Below, piece after piece: positions 39,630-48,980 of a stretch of DNA of 64,000 bases. The DNA is taken from IMG/VR virus record IMGVR_UViG_3300033073_000753, positions 3,828 through 67,827 of that record, one strand, 5' to 3'. Position numbers and translations under genes: made by a program. The stretch's first letter is position 1; the number at the start of each line of letters is the position of its first letter. A model generated the notes under the pieces. The model searched no databases and was not told where the DNA came from. It saw only the letters and a list, made by a program, of their open reading frames with translations. Origin of the DNA: a virus (taxonomy: Duplodnaviria; Caudoviricetes).

Positions 39630-39647
39630 TGTTGTATTTTTACAACA
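39630..39647. promoter_or_regulatory. Operator-like palindrome TGTTGTA-N4-TACAACA
   Basis: Perfect 7-bp inverted repeat ~20 bp upstream of the -35 at 39609. Confidence 0.45.
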
Positions 39648-39677
39648 AATGCTTATTTTTTGTGCAAATGTGGCTTT

Positions 39678-40061
39678 TTAGCCACGACCTTGTGCTTTTC
39701 TGCTTAGTCCATCAAGCCACAGCACAATATCATCATTGACTAAACGGATTTCCATAGCATCTTGCTCACCAAAGATGCGGAAGTAACCAGCACCATGATA
39801 GTAAGGCCAATCTAGGTGTTGCTCAAGTCCTATTAGATGTCCGGGCTTTGGTGCCCAACCTGTAGGACATTGATACGACCAATAACGAAAGTGTGGCTTC
39901 ATTAGTTCCCAACCAAAGGTAGTTAGGCGTAACCCCTTTTGTCGACCCGGCTGATAGTTTTTAAAAACCGTGTAGGGAGTTATCTTAGTGTTTTCCCAGA
40001 TATGAGGAATTGGATACTGAGCTAGATACTCAGTTATCTTTGTAGCTAGTTCCTTGCTCAT
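39678..40061 (-). CDS. Hypothetical protein
   Basis: 127 aa; GLRLT..GWE, LEQHLDWPYY, FGEQDAM. Confidence 0.6.
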   Translation of the reverse strand: MSKELATKITEYLAQYPIPHIWENTKITPYTVFKNYQPGRQKGLRLTTFGWELMKPHFRYWSYQCPTGWAPKPGHLIGLEQHLDWPYYHGAGYFRIFGEQDAMEIRLVNDDIVLWLDGLSRKAQGRG

Positions 40062-40341
40062 TAATACGACGACCTTGTTTTAATTCAACGACAGAGAAAT
40101 CCTCTGACTTGAACATTTTATTTAAACGGTCAGCAAGGTTAAACGCATGACCAGGATTACTAAACGACACCTTTTTATACTTAGGGCCAGGATAGCTTAC
40201 TAGGCTGTTTAATGTGCGTAGGTTGATTGGCTTATCTTTATAAAATACTGCATAGATAGCATCAGCCGCAAGAACTTCTTCACTCTTATATGTGCGTGAA
40301 TTAGTATTCGTTAATAGGATGGTTGGCTTTGGTCTACTCAT
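40030..40341 (-). CDS. Hypothetical protein
   Basis: MSRPKP start 5 nt after TAAATA (40347-40352); PGPKYKKVSFSNPGHAFNLA. Confidence 0.6.
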   Translation of the reverse strand: MSRPKPTILLTNTNSRTYKSEEVLAADAIYAVFYKDKPINLRTLNSLVSYPGPKYKKVSFSNPGHAFNLADRLNKMFKSEDFSVVELKQGRRINEQGTSYKDN

Positions 40342-40390
40342 ACTTTTATTTATCAAAAGTATGTGTTTAATGGACCTGTTAAAACGCTAT

Positions 40391-40774
40391 TTAAATATAG
40401 GTCTTTAGTTTCAAAGTGCGTAATTTATTGCCATATAGTGTTATACAGCTTAGTTCTGGCGTACTGCGTGGAGTAACAAGTATAGTCCAATCGCCATCTG
40501 GACTAGTCCAAAATGTCATTATAAGATTGTCTTCAAAAACAGTACCAGATGCTATGATCTTTTCACCGTTTATTTCTAAACCTTCTTGCAATAATTTAGT
40601 GTTAGCACATTCCCACTTATGATCAACAAAAAATGCCGCGGCTATAACAGGGAGGCAGACCATTAATAGGCCTACTATTCCCAGTGTAATAAAAATTTTA
40701 GTTATAGCTGGACGCCAGCCACTCAGTATGTTGTTGAGCATTTTCACTTGCCTTTTGTAACCCATACTTACCAC
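40391..40774 (-). CDS. Hypothetical membrane/exported protein (start uncertain)
   Basis: Hydrophobic IFITLGIVGLLMVCLPVIAAAFF span; FWTSPDGDWTIL...SCI. Confidence 0.45.
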   Translation of the reverse strand: MVSMGYKRQVKMLNNILSGWRPAITKIFITLGIVGLLMVCLPVIAAAFFVDHKWECANTKLLQEGLEINGEKIIASGTVFEDNLIMTFWTSPDGDWTILVTPRSTPELSCITLYGNKLRTLKLKTYI

Positions 40775-41681
40775 AGAACTTCATAAAGTGTGGGCCAACG
40801 GCCGGATTGCGCTCACGCTGAACTGCGGTAGCAATCGTTTCATCAAGAATGGCTTTAATGTTATCAGGTTGTGCTGACAAATCAATAATAGCCTTATTGC
40901 GTTCATAATCATCGCGAACTAAGTGTTCGACGCCTTCGTGGTCGGTCCAACGCTGAAGCATGAGATTGTTCCACATGAATCCTTTATTGTCTCTGTCGGC
41001 AAAGGCTTCTTCGAGACCAACCTTATTCTTTGTCCCTTTAGTGCGTACTCCCGGATAAGCAGAGAATATGTTGTCTGAGGTATCACCTCGCATACACTTC
41101 TCAAAGAGTAACCATTCTGGGTTAGGTGCCGGCTTGACTGCTTTAGTTTTCTTATCAACAACCGGCTTGCCCTTATCATCAAAGTAACCTTCATGTGTGG
41201 TTAATACACCAGCAATACCATTATAAAGTTGAACATTGGGAGCGACCAATTGTTCAAAGTCGCTGTCGCTTGAAACGATAATATGATTATCATTTGGATG
41301 CAGGTGAATCCAACGAGCAATAAAATCGTCAGCTTCACATACAGGATTACGAAGTACTGTTACATTGGTCCTGGTGCTAATGTATTCATAAAACTTGTCA
41401 AAGCTTTCCCAAAAGAGTTTTTCTTCTTCTGCTTCTTTGACAGTATGTGCGGCACGGGCATCGGCTCGTTGAGCCTTGTACGGTTTGTAAACATCCTTAC
41501 GCCAACTACGGCCCTCAAAACAGAACACTACATGCCGACCTTGTCGTTCGCGCCATTGCTTTAATACAGCGGCAAGAATAATATGGTAGCTCATAGCGAC
41601 CCTTTCCTCTGGATCTCCGTTACGGATCACATGGCGGGCACGAAAGAATAAGTTAGCGGCGTCGACGATTAGATAGCTCAT
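40698..41681 (-). CDS. T4 RNase H-like 5'-3' exonuclease (FEN-like)
   Basis: LIVDAANLFFR, FEGRSWRK..Y..YK..R, EADD, SSDSDF, GDTSDNI. Confidence 0.9.
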   Translation of the reverse strand: MSYLIVDAANLFFRARHVIRNGDPEERVAMSYHIILAAVLKQWRERQGRHVVFCFEGRSWRKDVYKPYKAQRADARAAHTVKEAEEEKLFWESFDKFYEYISTRTNVTVLRNPVCEADDFIARWIHLHPNDNHIIVSSDSDFEQLVAPNVQLYNGIAGVLTTHEGYFDDKGKPVVDKKTKAVKPAPNPEWLLFEKCMRGDTSDNIFSAYPGVRTKGTKNKVGLEEAFADRDNKGFMWNNLMLQRWTDHEGVEHLVRDDYERNKAIIDLSAQPDNIKAILDETIATAVQRERNPAVGPHFMKFCGKYGLQKASENAQQHTEWLASSYN

Positions 41682-41687
41682 AGGACA

Positions 41688-41716
41688 AGTATAACAATAC
41701 TAATGTAAAAAGTCAA
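41688..41716 (-). promoter_or_regulatory. sigma70 promoter giving a leaderless RNase H mRNA
   Basis: TTGACT-17 bp-TATACT; ATG only 6 nt after the -10. Confidence 0.75.
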
Positions 41717-41722
41717 CCATAG

Positions 41723-41751
41723 AAAAAGGCAAAGTTTCCACTTTGCCTTTT
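41723..41751 (-). terminator. Rho-independent terminator after dctP
   Basis: Minus strand AAAAGGCAAAGU-GGAA-ACUUUGCCUUUUU. Confidence 0.85.
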
Positions 41752-41767
41752 AGGACCACAAATTAAA

Positions 41768-42787
41768 TTATTTTGCGTTTTTAATACGAGCAATTAGTTC
41801 AGCACCGTTAGGTACTTTTTCTTCTGCAAGTTTGTATGAGTACTGAGCATTAGCACGAAGTTTTGCAGTATCTTCTTCGCTAATTTCGTTGATGGTAATA
41901 CCATGCATCTTAGCAGTCTTTTCATACACTTCAGCATCTTCAACTGACCAGTTACGCTCTAACTTAGCAACAACTTTTGCCGAATCTTTAAAGGCTTGTT
42001 GTTGTTCTTCTGTTAAAGTGTCAAAGAAGCTACCGCTCATTAAGATAGTTGTTAAGAACATACTGTGATTTGTTTTAAGAATATCTGTGCCTTTGAAACG
42101 CAAGTATGTTGTTTCAACTACGCCATTTTCGCTGGCCGCATCGTTAATGTCTTGTAAAGGGGCATTCATGCGATTTGTAGCATTTGGCGTAATCTGCTTA
42201 AACATTGGAGTAGTATAGTTAACTGTTGTTAAGTTGGCATTTTTGATGTCATCTAAGTTTTCAATTTTTTGATTGGCGCCTAAAACACGGAAGCCACCTG
42301 AGTATGTAAATGCTAAACCTTTTACACCAGTTGCTTGGCCTAGGCCTTCGCACAATTCGTCACCAATTTCGCCGTCAAGAACTTTGCTAACATGATCATG
42401 CCCTTCAAACAAGAATGGCAAATCTAATGTGTTAAATGCTGGATATTGGAAACCGATAGTAGAAGCCTGTGTTTGGCTCAAGTGAATCTTTTGTTCTGTT
42501 AAGCCTTCAAAGAATGCTGTCCACTTATCTTTAATAGAAGTCCATTCAACTTCATTACCCCAGTCTAAAACTTCATTGCTTTCTAGACCTTTAACACCTG
42601 CAACGCGATTTGCTAGTGCTGGAATGTCACCGTATTTGTAGACATATTCTTTAACTGTTAGTACTTCAATTTCAAATTGGCCAGGTAAACGCTTTTCTAA
42701 TTCTTTAGTAAACGCCTTAGCTGTACGAACAAATAGATAAGCTGGTTGGTGGGCAATCAACCACTTTAATTTAATTGGTGCTGTCAT
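41768..42787 (-). CDS. dctP: TRAP-type substrate-binding protein (DctP family) lacking a signal peptide
   Basis: LDLPFLFEGHDHVSKVLDGEIG, GLAFTYSGGFR, ETTY, TNHS; N-terminus MTAPIKLKWLIAH has no hydrophobic leader; exact TATAAATA late promoter at 42837-42844. Confidence 0.8.
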   Translation of the reverse strand: MTAPIKLKWLIAHQPAYLFVRTAKAFTKELEKRLPGQFEIEVLTVKEYVYKYGDIPALANRVAGVKGLESNEVLDWGNEVEWTSIKDKWTAFFEGLTEQKIHLSQTQASTIGFQYPAFNTLDLPFLFEGHDHVSKVLDGEIGDELCEGLGQATGVKGLAFTYSGGFRVLGANQKIENLDDIKNANLTTVNYTTPMFKQITPNATNRMNAPLQDINDAASENGVVETTYLRFKGTDILKTNHSMFLTTILMSGSFFDTLTEEQQQAFKDSAKVVAKLERNWSVEDAEVYEKTAKMHGITINEISEEDTAKLRANAQYSYKLAEEKVPNGAELIARIKNAK

Positions 42788-42855
42788 TTGGATATTATCT
42801 CCGTTATAGTAGAATTTTTGATAAATTCCTTGCTACTATTTATATTATCTAACCG

Positions 42856-43290
42856 TTACTGTGCCGTTTTGCCCCAGGAAACCCTGTTCCAAATACGCTC
42901 ATGCCCATAGTAAATTAGCGCATTTAGCACCGTAGCAATGCCTGCGTACAGCAGGGCTGACCCCCAAGATCCTGTGATAAGATATGGAATTACAAGATTA
43001 CTAGTGGTAATTAGTAAACGCCATGTTATGCTTTTAGATATAGTTCTTGGTTGGCCATCAGAAAATAGTAAACCATCTGTAGGTTTTCTATTCCATTGCA
43101 TCCAGTTCCAAGTGCGCTCATGCGCCCAAAATAAGAACATGTTTATGAGCGTGGCTACACCTGCAATTTGTACACCCGTAGCCCATGTGCCGCTGATAAT
43201 AAAACCATTTAGTAAATGGCTTAATGTAAACAGCACTCTAACAGTTAGTGTTTTAGCCACACTTCTGGCATGTGTTTCTATGTATTTCAT
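42856..43290 (-). CDS. Tandem DUF2061-like membrane protein
   Basis: Two repeats: RSVAKTLTVR...WAHERTWN and RTISKSITWR...YGHERIWN. Confidence 0.7.
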   Translation of the reverse strand: MKYIETHARSVAKTLTVRVLFTLSHLLNGFIISGTWATGVQIAGVATLINMFLFWAHERTWNWMQWNRKPTDGLLFSDGQPRTISKSITWRLLITTSNLVIPYLITGSWGSALLYAGIATVLNALIYYGHERIWNRVSWGKTAQ

Positions 43291-43610
43291 TGTTGTGTTT
43301 TAGTACGCTCGTTAGTTGCAATTCGCCCTGCATCAGCAATAAAGTCACCAGCGGCCATGCCATCCATACCAACATTGCGACATAGGTCAGTAAACCACTG
43401 ATCTACAATTTCTTCTGGGCTAATGCCCTTGTACCCATTTTCTCTAAGAAAAATTACAAAGGCCGGATTCCATTCGAGCTCAAAGTAACCTTGTTTGGGG
43501 TTATTTTGATCAACATGTGCCTTAACTACATTGACCCAAGGCTCCATGCTATTTTTCATAGACTTTGCTGTAGGTTTTCGTTTAAAAAATTTTTTTACAA
43601 AATCTAACAT
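43287..43610 (-). CDS. Hypothetical protein
   Basis: EPWVNVV...GYFELEWN..F...L...GY...EEIVDQWF. Confidence 0.6.
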   Translation of the reverse strand: MLDFVKKFFKRKPTAKSMKNSMEPWVNVVKAHVDQNNPKQGYFELEWNPAFVIFLRENGYKGISPEEIVDQWFTDLCRNVGMDGMAAGDFIADAGRIATNERTKTQQ

Positions 43611-43613
43611 ATA

Positions 43614-43811
43614 TTATTGCCCAAAGGCATCCTCTTCGCGTTTTTTAATTGCAACCAAAACGGATTCTCTCCATTCGTTGTTTTCATCGTACCAGCGACT
43701 TCGTTCATCTTGCGTTCTAAAACACCCTACGCAGAATCCATCTTTGTCAATCGCACAAATACCCTGACAGGGGTTAGTATCATTTGCGTGAGTATTATCC
43801 GTGTCTATCAT
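43614..43811 (-). CDS. DUF1289-like small Cys-rich protein
   Basis: NPCQGIC...FCVGCFRT.DER..W; start reassigned to ATG 43811. Confidence 0.75.
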   Translation of the reverse strand: MIDTDNTHANDTNPCQGICAIDKDGFCVGCFRTQDERSRWYDENNEWRESVLVAIKKREEDAFGQ

Positions 43812-44046
43812 AGAAGTCGTTATCGTATTCTGATGTATCTGTTTTCTTAATCTTAGGCATGAACAAGGCCGCAACTTTGCGTTTACCTTGTTCGGTAATA
43901 GTTGGCTTTTTGGGAGGGGTAGCCAAGAACCCCGCATGTCGAAGTGACTCGACTTGGTTATTAATTCCGCAGGCAGGACATATTTCAGCTAACTGAAATA
44001 CCGCAAATTTTCCAGAACTGCTACAGTGATGTGTCCATGTGCTCAT
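43795..44046 (-). CDS. Small Zn-ribbon-like hypothetical protein
   Basis: WTHHC...EICPACG; start MSTW at 44046. Confidence 0.45.
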   Translation of the reverse strand: MSTWTHHCSSSGKFAVFQLAEICPACGINNQVESLRHAGFLATPPKKPTITEQGKRKVAALFMPKIKKTDTSEYDNDFYDRHG

Positions 44047-44063
44047 AGTCATTTATATATCCA

Positions 44064-44432
44064 TTAAGCTGGGTTTTTGTTGCTCATACGAGCCTTTTGA
44101 AACTCTTCAACATTCCTTACGGCACTTTCTAAAACTTTAGAATAGTTAAGAGCCTGCTGTTTAGACATTACAATACTTGCTTCTTCTTCAATGTAACCTT
44201 TGATTAATAAGGTCCACATAATTTTCCAACGATTAAATTGCCACCACTTTGTTTTTACTTTAGTATAGGTAGTAACCGTAACACCTGCTTCGTCGGCTTC
44301 TACCCAAACATTGTGTTCGCAGTCAGAGCATCCACATTCACAGGGAACAACATAGCTTTTAGCATCTCCCCAATCTTTGCGGATTAAAATGCCTTCGGCG
44401 GGTTTTTGAGCTTTCATTGTTCTAGTAGCCAT
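44064..44432 (-). CDS. Hypothetical protein
   Basis: CECGCSDCEH Cys cluster. Confidence 0.55.
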   Translation of the reverse strand: MATRTMKAQKPAEGILIRKDWGDAKSYVVPCECGCSDCEHNVWVEADEAGVTVTTYTKVKTKWWQFNRWKIMWTLLIKGYIEEEASIVMSKQQALNYSKVLESAVRNVEEFQKARMSNKNPA

Positions 44433-44635
44433 AAAAAATGTTCCTCAACATTGTGATATCTAAATTCAAAAATAGGACCTCCAGGACCCATCCACATTGC
44501 GACACCTTCAAAAGCAAAGGTAAACCATAGCCATTTATTTGTTAATTCACAGCGCCTAGGTTTCTTCCAGATAAAGCGTTTTTTCCAGTAAGCCTTTTTA
44601 TAAAAAGACTCACCAGTATCCATATAAAAAGGCAA
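44414..44635 (-). CDS. Small Trp-rich hypothetical protein
   Basis: WKKRFIWKKPRRCELTNKWLW; similar pattern to 63233-63475. Confidence 0.5.
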   Translation of the reverse strand: MPFYMDTGESFYKKAYWKKRFIWKKPRRCELTNKWLWFTFAFEGVAMWMGPGGPIFEFRYHNVEEHFLWLLEQ

Positions 44636-45496
44636 TTATTTGCCCCATCCATTTGACCAGATGTCAACATGTAATCTAGGACTGTAACGATAACCCTTTT
44701 CCATTGCAATGTCTGCAATGTGCTTAGTGTTTGCAAAGTATGCCTTGTCTGTTCCACCTACTGGCATTACAAACACTGGACCATTAAAGCCTGCTTTACG
44801 ATATTCGTTTGTAGCCGCATCAACTTCTTCAAAGTCGCTTGCCTTATCAACTACAAACTTTAAATATGTAAAGCCACGCTGTTGATATTCTTTAACAACA
44901 TCTGGTCGAATAGCATCAGACCATTTTTCACCGCTGGCACTTAGCTTAGGACTTACACTAAATGTAATCTGATCTCTGCTTAGACGATAATCGTTTAACA
45001 AAAAGCGTCTAAAGTCATCATGCAAATGTTGAGTGCCATTAGTTTCAAAAGTTAAGTTTTCTAGATCCTTCATGCGTGGATTGCTCAACAACTCTGGATA
45101 CAACATTTGCCAACCTAGCAATGGCTCACCACCTGTGATAACCAAGTGTACATCATTACCGTTGTCCTGCATCCAATGATGATTAGGAGTTAACGCTAGC
45201 ATTGCATCAATTGCCTGCTCGACACTATAGTTAGGACTTAGATGTTTAAATGCAGGATGCCAGCTTGCATAGCTATCACATCCTGTTTGTGCCAATGGCA
45301 AGTCGTTGAATGTTTTATATAAGTGAACTGTTTTACCAATTTCGTCCGGCTCGCTAGTCTTTTCGCCACTAGGCAGACCAAACCCAGGACATTTAAAATT
45401 ACATCCAAATGTACGGAAGAAAATACTAGGAACACCAACAAAGCGTCCTTCGCCTTGTGCGCTGTAAAAGATTTCACTTACTTTAAATTCATTCAT
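44636..45496 (-). CDS. queE: 7-carboxy-7-deazaguanine synthase (radical SAM)
   Basis: SEIFYSAQGEG...G.PS.F.R..GCN..C, CDS, VITGGEPL, FETNGT, VSPKL, KFVV, SPRLH; cluster motif CX3CX36C. Confidence 0.92.
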   Translation of the reverse strand: MNEFKVSEIFYSAQGEGRFVGVPSIFFRTFGCNFKCPGFGLPSGEKTSEPDEIGKTVHLYKTFNDLPLAQTGCDSYASWHPAFKHLSPNYSVEQAIDAMLALTPNHHWMQDNGNDVHLVITGGEPLLGWQMLYPELLSNPRMKDLENLTFETNGTQHLHDDFRRFLLNDYRLSRDQITFSVSPKLSASGEKWSDAIRPDVVKEYQQRGFTYLKFVVDKASDFEEVDAATNEYRKAGFNGPVFVMPVGGTDKAYFANTKHIADIAMEKGYRYSPRLHVDIWSNGWGK

Positions 45497-45761
45497 ATAT
45501 GCTTGACCACTTTTTTAATTTTTCAAACTTGGCCTGCTTGGCGGCTTCCATGCCTTCAGCAGTTACTACATTTAACGATTGTAACAGATCTACCATTGCA
45601 AGTAAATCACCAATTTCACCTTCGAGGTGTTGAGCATTAGTTAGGGGTTTTCCGGGTTTGGCGTTATCCAAACCAAACCGATTACACTTACTAATTGCTT
45701 GAATCACCTCTGCACATTCTTCGCTCAGAATGTTCATTACTTCATAAAGTTTTTTGTTCAT
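45489..45761 (-). CDS. MazG-like NTP pyrophosphohydrolase
   Basis: EECAEVIQA.SK..RFG...EGEIGDL; start reassigned to 45761. Confidence 0.75.
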   Translation of the reverse strand: MNKKLYEVMNILSEECAEVIQAISKCNRFGLDNAKPGKPLTNAQHLEGEIGDLLAMVDLLQSLNVVTAEGMEAAKQAKFEKLKKWSSIYE

Positions 45762-45762
45762 A

Positions 45763-45978
45763 TTAAGGTCTTGGAAAGTCCATTTGAAACACATGGGCCT
45801 TAGTGCCCTTTAATGCCAACAACATTTGTTCTTGTTGGGCATCATTGAGATTTGTGTAATAACCAGGAAAAGTTGTCATACTAGGTGATGACGGTGCATG
45901 TGTGGTCATTGTCCCAGAAGAGCTAATGCTGGCTACTACCCAAATACTCAATGATTCTGGTGGATCTATAGGTTTCAT
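45763..45978 (-). CDS. Hypothetical protein
   Basis: 71-aa ORF filling the gap between coupled genes. Confidence 0.45.
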   Translation of the reverse strand: MKPIDPPESLSIWVVASISSSGTMTTHAPSSPSMTTFPGYYTNLNDAQQEQMLLALKGTKAHVFQMDFPRP

Positions 45979-46832
45979 TATATCTCCAGTGTTAGGTCAG
46001 GATTCCAGCCTGTTTCTTCGCTGTATCCATCGTTTTCATAACCTCTAGGGTTACAAACAATTCTTGTTTCACCAATGACATAATCAAATGGATGATGAGT
46101 ATGACCATGTGTCCATAGTTTAATTTGAGGGCGGTCTAAAATAAACTCACTCAAGTCACTATGGTATCCGCCATTCATTAATTGATCGTTGGCATATTGT
46201 GGATGTATACTTTGATGACTTGGACTATGATGCCCAACAACTACAAATTTTTCATCACCTCTTTCGGCCACAATGGTTTTAATATAGTCAAGCATCTTTT
46301 TATGACGCACAACTGTATCTACTGGTTTGAGTGTTGTGTAGCCCTCAAACTCTTTACGAATGATTCTATAATCATTCATCATATCACGCAATGCATGTAG
46401 CGTAAGAGGATCACCCTTATTACAGTCAGTCCACAAAGTACCGCCAATAAATGTTACATCCTCAATCTTAACAGTATCCATTTCTAAGAAATGAACATTA
46501 GGATATTTGCCACATTCGTTGCGTAGGATATCTAGTGTTTGATGCCACTTGCCATGATAGAATTCGTGATTACCAGCAACATAGATTACATGCGGAAACT
46601 GAAACGCACAACGCTTTAAGAAATCGCGAAACTTTTGTGCTTGTGCTTGTCTACGGCCAAGGTCTGGGAGTTCGATGACATCCCATGCACCTTTAAGTGG
46701 CGGCGGGTGGTCGTGCAGATCTTGTGCAACCATAATATCGCCAGACAGGATTAGAACATCAGCATTATTATTATTTTGAATATTAATGTCTGAAAATTCT
46801 AAATGCAAATCACTAGCCAGTTGTATCTTCAT
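45978..46832 (-). CDS. Calcineurin-like metallophosphoesterase
   Basis: SDLHLE, SGDI, AGNHE, GHH, HGHTH. Confidence 0.9.
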   Translation of the reverse strand: MKIQLASDLHLEFSDINIQNNNNADVLILSGDIMVAQDLHDHPPPLKGAWDVIELPDLGRRQAQAQKFRDFLKRCAFQFPHVIYVAGNHEFYHGKWHQTLDILRNECGKYPNVHFLEMDTVKIEDVTFIGGTLWTDCNKGDPLTLHALRDMMNDYRIIRKEFEGYTTLKPVDTVVRHKKMLDYIKTIVAERGDEKFVVVGHHSPSHQSIHPQYANDQLMNGGYHSDLSEFILDRPQIKLWTHGHTHHPFDYVIGETRIVCNPRGYENDGYSEETGWNPDLTLEI

Positions 46833-47121
46833 CTGTACCGCCTTCAAGTTTAGCTAACGGGTTAAGCCCGTTAACTGGAATCCCATCTTCATCAACAATA
46901 GCAAACCCATCGAAAACAAAACCGCAACCTTTGCAGAAGTCTTCAAATGTCTGAAGTATTTCGTCTAAAGTTGCTTCTTGATGAGTTAAAACTAAATTTC
47001 TTGTACCATCATTATAACATACAATCCATGTGGGGTCAATTGGTGTTGACTCCTTTTTGTGTATGCCCCTAAGAGTTTTAACAACCGAATCCCACGGATC
47101 ATTAATTTTTGGTTTAATCAT
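46813..47121 (-). CDS. Hypothetical protein
   Basis: 102 aa; TLDEILQTFEDFCKGCGFVFDG. Confidence 0.5.
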   Translation of the reverse strand: MIKPKINDPWDSVVKTLRGIHKKESTPIDPTWIVCYNDGTRNLVLTHQEATLDEILQTFEDFCKGCGFVFDGFAIVDEDGIPVNGLNPLAKLEGGTDEDTTG

Positions 47122-47905
47122 TTGGTCTCATTTCGTTATTAAGGTCCAGCACAGCACGAATCAAGTCGATATGGATCTGACTCTTTACCAAAGCCGTTTC
47201 AAATGTTTTAACATCCTTAGGAAAACACTTTCCACCAAAACCCCGCTGTCCATCAAACCCAGGCACGGCCCAATGACTATTACCGAGCCTACCTTCGTTT
47301 TCAAGTAATTGTCTTACTATGCTATAATCGGCTCCATTTGCAACACATAACTTTTCAACAAGATTAGCAAAAATAACTTTCATTGCTAAGAATGTATTTG
47401 TACTAAGTTTAGCAATCATTGATTCGACTGGGTCTGTAATAATTACATTTCCTTTATAGGCATCAAAGATTGCAGAAAACTCTTCTGCATACTCTCCGCC
47501 TACAATAACAAATCGCGGACTAATGCTATCTTCTCTCCAGGTTGCTTCTCGAATATACTCAGGCCAAACAATTAAATTTTGACCTAATTGCTTCACTAGT
47601 AGGCTTAAAGCTTCAATCCCTATTGTGCTTCTAACTACAATCTTTCCTTTGAACCCATTAGCCAACGCTTGATTGATAGCCTCATCAACATTTGCTGTAT
47701 TATTCTCTGGTAATTGCAATTCTGAGTTTAGGTCAGTGTTGACACAAATAATAACATAGTCTGCACTGGTCCATGCTTCAGGACTAGCAGTTTCATTTTT
47801 GCCAGGATCATTAAAAACAATATCCAGTGTTGGATTGTATTGTTTTAAAAACATTTCTGTTGATTGGCCTACGGTGCCTTTTCCTTGTATAACAATTTTA
47901 GTCAT
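47114..47905 (-). CDS. UDP-glucose/GDP-mannose dehydrogenase-like, lacking the C-terminal domain
   Basis: GKGTVG, CVNT, RST, PEYIRE, AKLSTNTFLAMKV.FAN, GFGGKCFPKD; only 263 aa. Confidence 0.85.
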   Translation of the reverse strand: MTKIVIQGKGTVGQSTEMFLKQYNPTLDIVFNDPGKNETASPEAWTSADYVIICVNTDLNSELQLPENNTANVDEAINQALANGFKGKIVVRSTIGIEALSLLVKQLGQNLIVWPEYIREATWREDSISPRFVIVGGEYAEEFSAIFDAYKGNVIITDPVESMIAKLSTNTFLAMKVIFANLVEKLCVANGADYSIVRQLLENEGRLGNSHWAVPGFDGQRGFGGKCFPKDVKTFETALVKSQIHIDLIRAVLDLNNEMRPND

Positions 47906-48657
47906 TCTTCTCTCATTACAAAATTAGGATACTGTTCAATGCTCTTATCTAAGAGTTTTTCTAATCTATCCAAGTCAACCCAACCTTTAACAACTACGAG
48001 TATTTTTTTATACTCTGGATTATAATCTGCACCATGCAGGTAATCTTCGTTATTCCATGCAAATGTATTAGAGTCTGCGGGTAGTTTTACATAATACCTA
48101 TCCTCTGCTGGTATCTCTGTGTGCGGTTTATGCTTAGTAACCGGCGTCAGATAAAATGTTTCTTTAGGATTCTTATCATCAAGCATAATTCGAATCTCAG
48201 TCGGAAAGCGCATTACACCATCTAATGACGCTGGCATGTTACCATCATAGTGTGCAGGGATGGTACAATTTGAGCTCCATAGCCTAATAGATCTAATCTT
48301 TGCAAAAGGTAAAAGATCAAATATAGATTTAATGTAATTTGGTTGGCTTTCGGCCATAGCAGGAGACATCTTAGTAACCCAAGCGGCTTTACCTAGCAAG
48401 TCTTGATCTTCGTACATTGCTAGTCCGTCCCATTGCGTGTACTCTTTAGATACCTTGCTTGGATCTTTCCCAACTGCGCCGCGGTCAATATGTTGGCGAT
48501 CTACCCTGGCCTGTTCTTCATTCCAAATACGCCAAAAGTCCTTAACAGAGTCCAATTCAAATCTAGGCAAAGCCAGAGGTAATGCTACAATACCTTTGTA
48601 TTTTTCACCGAGCCGCGGGCACTCAGCAATATTGATTAGCGAAATTAAATTTTTCAC
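47902..48657 (-). CDS. 2OG-Fe(II) oxygenase-like protein
   Basis: IPAHYDG (HxD)...[10 protein letters not shown]...K.L. Confidence 0.55.
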   Translation of the reverse strand: MKNLISLINIAECPRLGEKYKGIVALPLALPRFELDSVKDFWRIWNEEQARVDRQHIDRGAVGKDPSKVSKEYTQWDGLAMYEDQDLLGKAAWVTKMSPAMAESQPNYIKSIFDLLPFAKIRSIRLWSSNCTIPAHYDGNMPASLDGVMRFPTEIRIMLDDKNPKETFYLTPVTKHKPHTEIPAEDRYYVKLPADSNTFAWNNEDYLHGADYNPEYKKILVVVKGWVDLDRLEKLLDKSIEQYPNFVMREE

Positions 48658-48977
48658 TTTTCTAACATTCCGCCTTTGTCCTTAACATCCTTAAACTTAT
48701 CAGCGTCAGGTAAAGGTTCTTTTCTTTTTGTAATAACAGGCCAAATCTTACTAAGTGTTGCATTCAGTTCAATGTAAGGATGTTGAGTAGCATCTACATC
48801 TCTTTCTGCAACAATTGCATCAGCTGGGCATTCGGGTACGCAAACACCACAGTCAATGCACTCGTCGGGGTCGATTACTAAAAAGTTAGCACCTTCTTTA
48901 AAACAATCAACAGGGCATACCTCTACACAATCTGTGTACTTGCATTTGATGCATCCTTCAGTAACCACATAAGTCAT
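48654..48977 (-). CDS. fdxA: 7Fe ferredoxin (FdxA type)
   Basis: [26 protein letters not shown]...[13 protein letters not shown]. Confidence 0.93.
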   Translation of the reverse strand: MTYVVTEGCIKCKYTDCVEVCPVDCFKEGANFLVIDPDECIDCGVCVPECPADAIVAERDVDATQHPYIELNATLSKIWPVITKRKEPLPDADKFKDVKDKGGMLEK

Positions 48978-48980
48978 AAT

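Noticed and set aside
43812-43937. Long N-terminal extensions given by the ORF track (also for 52223, 53839, 51537, 45489, 55918)
   Set aside because: They overlap upstream genes; downstream ATGs match family starts or coupling overlaps, so starts were reassigned.
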